Positions 59,046 through 64,000 of a DNA stretch of 64,000 bases are shown one piece after another. Every line of letters begins with the position of its first letter. Position 1 is the stretch's first letter. The translations under genes and the position numbers were made by a program. Source of the stretch: a virus; the IMG/VR virus record IMGVR_UViG_3300021378_000004. One strand, written 5' to 3'. The notes beneath the pieces are model-generated. The model did no database searches and was not told the origin of the DNA. It saw only the letters and a list, made by a program, of their open reading frames with translations.

Positions 59046-61559
59046 ATGACGACTAGCATTAAGCTAAAAAAGTCCAGTATTTCCGGACGCATACCATCAA
59101 CTAGTGATCTCGATTATGGCGAATTAGCCATTAACTATGCAGATGGTATATTATATTTTAAAAATTCTAGTAATCAAGTTAGTAGTATTAACGCTCGAGC
59201 AATAGGCGTTGATTCCACTGCAACTTTTTCTATTATCGATTCTGCATATATTGAATCTAGAGTTGGTAACACAACAAATATAGCAGAAGGTACCAATCTT
59301 TATTACACTTCAACGCGCGCTGATAGTGATGCTAAAAATGCAATAAGTGTTAGCGATGCTGGTGGGGATGGAGCATTATCTTACAATTCAACAACTGGTG
59401 TATTAACATATACTGGTCCAAGTGCAGCAGAAGTAAGAGCACATTTTAGTGCAGCCGGTGATATAACTTATAATTCTAGCACTGGGCAATTTAGTTTAGA
59501 TGTAGAATCAGTATACACCGCTGATAATTTTGATAGTGACTATATATTAGCAAAAGATTCTGCAAATACAGCTGTTGAAAGAAATAAGCATGACGCTACA
59601 ACTAAAAACTTTTCTGTAACAGTTGCTTCAAAAACTGCTGATCATGTTTATAACGGCACAGGAAGTGGCAGTGGTTATGTTATAGATGGTACTCAGTCAC
59701 CAATAGTACAACTACAAATAGGAAGAACATATCGTTTTACTCTTAGTTCAAGTGATATGTCAAATCACCCATTTAGATTTTATTATGATGCAGGAAGAAC
59801 TACACAATATACTACTAACGTAACAACTACGTCTACGTACGCTGAAATTGAAATAACAGAATCCACACCTACAGTATTACATTATCAATGTTCAGCGCAT
59901 GGTTATATGGGACATGCATTTGTAATTGGCACACGTAACTTAACTGGATTTAATACTGACAATTTATCTGAAGGTTCAAGTAATGTATACTACTCAAATA
60001 CTCGTGTTGAAACTTTGGTTGATTCTTCATACGTTCAATCAAGGCAAATAAACAATCCAACTGGGGTTGATTCATCTGCTACTATTGATCTAGTTGATTC
60101 AGCATATGTACAAGCCAGGCAAATAAACAATCCAACTGGTGTTGATTCATCTGCTACTATTGCTCTTGTTGATTCTTCATATGTTCAATCAAGGCAAATA
60201 AACAATCCAACTGGTGTTGATTCATCTGCTACTATTGCTCTTGTTGATTCTTCATATGTTCAATCAAGGCAAATAAAATATACTAATGATGATTTTGCTG
60301 ATTCAGCATTTGTTACTTCACAAATTAATAGTTTAATTGATGCTGCTCCTGGCGCTCTTAATACATTAAATGAACTTGCTGCAGCAATAGGTGATGATGC
60401 TAATTTTAGTACAACTGTTACAAACTCTATTGCCACTAAGCTCACTTCTGCACAAGCTACTAATTTAATAGACTCAGCTTATGTCCAATTAAGACAAATA
60501 AATAATCCATCTGGTGTAGACTCATCTGCTACTATTGATCTAGTTGATTCAGCTTATGTGCAAGCCAGACAAATAAACAATCCAACTGGTGTTGATTCGG
60601 CCGCCACTATTGCTCTTGTTGATTCAGCGTATGTTCAATTAAGACAAATTAATAATCCATCTGGTGTAGATTCTGCTGCTACTATCGATCTTGTTGACTC
60701 AGCTTATATTCAATCTAGACAAACAACTACACCAAGTGGTGTAGATTCAGCAGCAACAATTGCTTTAGTCGATTCAGCTTATGTAAATGCTTTTACTATT
60801 GATGCTAATACATTAAATGGTCAAAATGCTTCTTATTATTTAGATTATGGTAATTTAAATAATGTACCAAGTGAATTTACTGACTCAAGTACAGTTGACA
60901 GTATTATTTTAAATGTTGTTGATTCAGCATATGTACAAACTAAGTTTGGCACTCTTAGAGAAAGTAATAATTCACTAGTTGTTTCTGGAAGTATTATACC
61001 AGAAACTGATAGTGCATTTAGTCTCGGTACTGCGCAAAAGAAATTTAAAGATTTACATTTATCAGGTGGTACAGTTTTTCTTGATAATCTTGCTTTATCC
61101 GCAGATCCTGCTACACAAACTATTAATATAGGTCAAATTGACAGTATTGGTATTGTTAATGTTGTTGGTGTTATAGCAACTGTTGATTCTGCTGGAGTTT
61201 CTGCCATTGTTGACTCTGCGTTTTTAGAAGCTAGATTAGGAGACTTTGTATCAGAAACAGAATTAACATCTAAAAATTTTACTACTTTTGATTCTGCTGA
61301 TGCGACTAGTGTTATCGATTCAAGTTATATAAATAGTCTTAATGCGGATGCTGGAGCTTTAAATGGTCAGAGTGGCGCGCACTATTTGGACTATAATAAT
61401 TTTACAAATACACCCCAAGGCGGTGTTGATTATGGCACCGTGATTCAATCAGCAACTAGTGCTATTGATATACTTGATATACTTATTGCACAGACTACTG
61501 TAGATTATGGAACCGTGGGTTCACCTGGTAGTTTAAAATCTAATTACGGAACACTATAA
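59046..61559 (+). CDS. tail fiber-like protein with 25-aa DS repeats and cupredoxin-like insert
   Basis: IKLKKS..GELAINYADG N-terminus; internal repeats; YQCSAHGYMG. Confidence 0.8.
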   Translation: MTTSIKLKKSSISGRIPSTSDLDYGELAINYADGILYFKNSSNQVSSINARAIGVDSTATFSIIDSAYIESRVGNTTNIAEGTNLYYTSTRADSDAKNAISVSDAGGDGALSYNSTTGVLTYTGPSAAEVRAHFSAAGDITYNSSTGQFSLDVESVYTADNFDSDYILAKDSANTAVERNKHDATTKNFSVTVASKTADHVYNGTGSGSGYVIDGTQSPIVQLQIGRTYRFTLSSSDMSNHPFRFYYDAGRTTQYTTNVTTTSTYAEIEITESTPTVLHYQCSAHGYMGHAFVIGTRNLTGFNTDNLSEGSSNVYYSNTRVETLVDSSYVQSRQINNPTGVDSSATIDLVDSAYVQARQINNPTGVDSSATIALVDSSYVQSRQINNPTGVDSSATIALVDSSYVQSRQIKYTNDDFADSAFVTSQINSLIDAAPGALNTLNELAAAIGDDANFSTTVTNSIATKLTSAQATNLIDSAYVQLRQINNPSGVDSSATIDLVDSAYVQARQINNPTGVDSAATIALVDSAYVQLRQINNPSGVDSAATIDLVDSAYIQSRQTTTPSGVDSAATIALVDSAYVNAFTIDANTLNGQNASYYLDYGNLNNVPSEFTDSSTVDSIILNVVDSAYVQTKFGTLRESNNSLVVSGSIIPETDSAFSLGTAQKKFKDLHLSGGTVFLDNLALSADPATQTINIGQIDSIGIVNVVGVIATVDSAGVSAIVDSAFLEARLGDFVSETELTSKNFTTFDSADATSVIDSSYINSLNADAGALNGQSGAHYLDYNNFTNTPQGGVDYGTVIQSATSAIDILDILIAQTTVDYGTVGSPGSLKSNYGTL
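60016..60790 (+). repeat. 75-bp (25-aa) coding tandem repeats in two blocks
   Basis: Unit VDS(A/S)YVQ(A/S/L)RQINNP(T/S)GVDS(S/A)ATI(A/D)L, about 3+4 copies with synonymous variation. Confidence 0.9.
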
Positions 61560-61566
61560 ATAACTA

Positions 61567-61574
61567 TATAAATA
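61567..61574 (+). promoter_or_regulatory. late promoter TATAAATA
   Basis: Exact consensus. Confidence 0.75.
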
Positions 61575-61591
61575 TAGGTTAGAGGAATAAA

Positions 61592-64000
61592 ATGGCATTA
61601 CAATTTAGACGCGGTACAGATTCAGATAGACTAACTATCACCCCGGCAGCTGGTGAACCTATTTTTACCAGTGATACAAAAGAACTTTTTATAGGTGACG
61701 GTTCAACTACAGGCGGTATTGATCTTATCACTACAAAATTAGGAAGTATTTCTGGAGACATTATACCAGATACAGATAGTACGTATGATCTTGGTTCACC
61801 TACTAAGAAATTTAAAGATTTACATTTAAGTGGAAACTCTATATTTTTAGGTGCTGGATTAGTACTTTCTAATGATGGTGGTACATTTGCAGCTAAAGAT
61901 TCAGATAACAATCCAGTCGTTATATCGTTAACTAGTAACAACACAGGCCAATTATCTGAAGGTACAAATTTATATTATACGACAGCACGCGCAGATAGTG
62001 CATTTGATGTAAGATTAGCAACTAAAACAACAGCTAATATAACAGAAGGTTCTAACTTATACTTTACTAATGCTCGAGCAGATGCCAGAATAACAAATGC
62101 ATTACTTGATGAAGATAATATGGCATCAAATAGTGCTACTAAAATTCCATCACAGCAATCTGTTAAAGCTTATGTTGATGCAGAAGTTGCAGGAATAGTT
62201 GATACTGCTCCAGCAGCACTAAATACATTAAACGAATTAGCAGCTGCGCTTGGCGATGATGCTAACTTTAGTGCTACAATAACTGCTCAAATTGGAGCAA
62301 AATTAGATTCAGCAGAAGCAATATCTCTCATAGATTCTGCTTATGTACAAGCAAGGACAACTGCTGGCACAGATTCAGCTGCTACAATATCACTAATAGG
62401 AGCAACTGTAGACTCAGCTTATGTACAAGCAAGACAAACATCAGGCGGCGGTAGTAGTATTGATTCAGCTGCAACAATTGCTTTAATTGATTCATCTTAT
62501 GTACAAGCAAGACAAGTTGATCCAGTTTCAGCATTCACTACTGTATCAGTTACTGGTCAAACAGATATTGTTGCAGACGCAGATGCCGCAGTGCCAGATT
62601 GGACGTCAGGAACACAACAAGCTAAAATTATAAGAGTTCCTTTTGCAAACATTATGAGTGGTGATGGTTTTGGTAGAAGTCCAAGTTTAAGCACTAATGG
62701 TAATTATGCTGTTGTTGGTTCTGGCAAATCCAGTAATAACAGAGGTGCTATACATTTTCTGTCTAGATCCGGATCTACATGGACTTATGGTCAGATGATA
62801 AATAGAACAGGTGGACATGCATCTGATTTTACAGGTTTTGGCGATCATGTGGTTATGTCAAATGACGGCACAATTGCACTTGGTGCTGCTCAGTATGATC
62901 CTAGTGCAGCCAACGCTTCTTATGCAACGGGAGTAGTTTACCTTTTTACAAGAACCGGTTCCACGTGGTCACAACATTCCGCCATAGAACCCACATCTCC
63001 TAGTCCAGTTACCAATGATATGAGATTTGGTGCGTCAGTTGATATTAGTGGAGATAATCAGTATATAGTAATAGGAGGACCTGGCAACAATAAAGGTGTA
63101 TACATATACATAAATGATGGCTCAGGTAATTTTTCATTACAACAAAAACTAACAACATCAAATAGTGGAGATGACTATGGTGGTGGTGTAGCTATTGATG
63201 AAGATGGTAATACAATTGTTGTGAGTCATCAAGGTTCAGGATCTACAGGAAAGATTTACACATATGTAAGATCTGGTACAAATTGGACATTACAACAAAC
63301 AATAGCTCCGTCAGGAGCAGTAGATATTGGTTGGGATGATCGAAAAGGAAAAGGCGTAGCTATATCAAGTGATGGTAATAGAATAGCTTTTGGTAGTGGT
63401 GGAATATACAGTACTGGATCTTCTATATACATCTGGAATAGATCTGGTACAACTTGGACTCAGGAACAGAACATAACTCCATCTCATACAGTTGGTTCTG
63501 GCACCAACCAGGTTTTAAGATTTGGCCAAAATGTTAGTTTAAGCAATGATGGTACTCGTCTTGTAGCAGGTACTGATAGATTTAACACGCTCAGTCATGC
63601 AGAAACAGGTATAACATATGTTTTTACTAGAAATGGTTCAGGTGTATGGAGTGAGTCTAAAATATTATCTCCAAGCGATTTAGCTTCAGAAGATCAATTT
63701 GGTCTTGGTGCTAATATATCTGGAGATGGAACAACAATATTAAGTCATTCTAAATTAGCAGACTTAGTAGACGGTAGTGATACATATACAAATGCTGGGG
63801 CAGTATATGCGTTTACAGCGCCAGTAGGAAATCCATTACAAGATACTCTTACATTTGAAGCTGGTGCTGGAATAACTATTACAACTAATGCCACCACTGA
63901 TACAGTTACAATTGCTGGATCAGCAGCTGGTTTAGATTCAGCAAGTACAACTGCTTTAGTCGATTCAGCATATGTTCAAGCAAGACAGACTTCTGCCGGT
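61592..64000 (+). CDS. long tail fiber with Mtd-like N-terminus and FG-GAP-type beta-propeller (3' partial)
   Basis: Hand-translated MALQFRRGTDSDR..GEP...ELFIGDG; frame consistent at every segment checked up to the window end. Confidence 0.85.
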   Translation, partial: MALQFRRGTDSDRLTITPAAGEPIFTSDTKELFIGDGSTTGGIDLITTKLGSISGDIIPDTDSTYDLGSPTKKFKDLHLSGNSIFLGAGLVLSNDGGTFAAKDSDNNPVVISLTSNNTGQLSEGTNLYYTTARADSAFDVRLATKTTANITEGSNLYFTNARADARITNALLDEDNMASNSATKIPSQQSVKAYVDAEVAGIVDTAPAALNTLNELAAALGDDANFSATITAQIGAKLDSAEAISLIDSAYVQARTTAGTDSAATISLIGATVDSAYVQARQTSGGGSSIDSAATIALIDSSYVQARQVDPVSAFTTVSVTGQTDIVADADAAVPDWTSGTQQAKIIRVPFANIMSGDGFGRSPSLSTNGNYAVVGSGKSSNNRGAIHFLSRSGSTWTYGQMINRTGGHASDFTGFGDHVVMSNDGTIALGAAQYDPSAANASYATGVVYLFTRTGSTWSQHSAIEPTSPSPVTNDMRFGASVDISGDNQYIVIGGPGNNKGVYIYINDGSGNFSLQQKLTTSNSGDDYGGGVAIDEDGNTIVVSHQGSGSTGKIYTYVRSGTNWTLQQTIAPSGAVDIGWDDRKGKGVAISSDGNRIAFGSGGIYSTGSSIYIWNRSGTTWTQEQNITPSHTVGSGTNQVLRFGQNVSLSNDGTRLVAGTDRFNTLSHAETGITYVFTRNGSGVWSESKILSPSDLASEDQFGLGANISGDGTTILSHSKLADLVDGSDTYTNAGAVYAFTAPVGNPLQDTLTFEAGAGITITTNATTDTVTIAGSAAGLDSASTTALVDSAYVQARQTSAG

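Noticed and set aside
60016-60790. Regularly spaced DNA repeats as a CRISPR array
   Set aside because: In-frame 75-bp coding repeats with synonymous variation, no unique spacers, no cas genes.
61592-64000. Diversity-generating retroelement suggested by the Mtd-like N-terminus
   Set aside because: No reverse transcriptase and no TR/VR pair with adenine-specific differences seen in this window.
1-64000. Stop-codon reassignment, introns or inteins
   Set aside because: Core genes are intact in the standard code at expected sizes, TAG and TGA both end genes, and no intein or intron signature was seen in RNR.

Overview
64 kb segment of a large AT-rich T4-like myovirus, with a gene set resembling marine cyanophage/pelagiphage T4-likes. 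A two-component spanin-like pair implies a Gram-negative host. Gene order: early small ORFs behind repeated sigma70-type promoters, DUF932 and a half-size Na/Pi cotransporter (1-3.9 kb); a late-promoter block of proteins with T4 capsid-targeting-like N-termini, including nuclease-, ligase- and nucleotidyltransferase-fold enzymes and His/Lys-rich modular polyproteins (3.9-14 kb); spanins, class II RNR, EndoII-like nuclease, a second early island with a candidate pseudoknotted RNA, gp33 and gp32 (15-24 kb); a minus-strand gp4-gp2-gp54-like-gp26-gp51-tape-measure operon (24-28.4 kb); baseplate genes with gp5 split over three ORFs (28.4-48 kb); a late cluster of glycosyltransferases, 2OG/cupin oxygenase, methyltransferase, nitroreductase and split radical SAM/SPASM (50-54.5 kb); and long fiber genes running off the end. 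Top candidates for undescribed biology: (1) a virion decoration system, with a strongly over-represented D-S motif on outer baseplate and fiber proteins beside late-expressed tailoring enzymes; (2) a capsid-packaged, protease-cleavable payload of enzymes and shuffled small domains; (3) a lambda G/GT-like -1 frameshift joining gp26 and gp51 ahead of the tape measure; (4) a structured RNA behind a Met-Thr-stop minigene. All family calls are motif recognition by eye; no searches were run.
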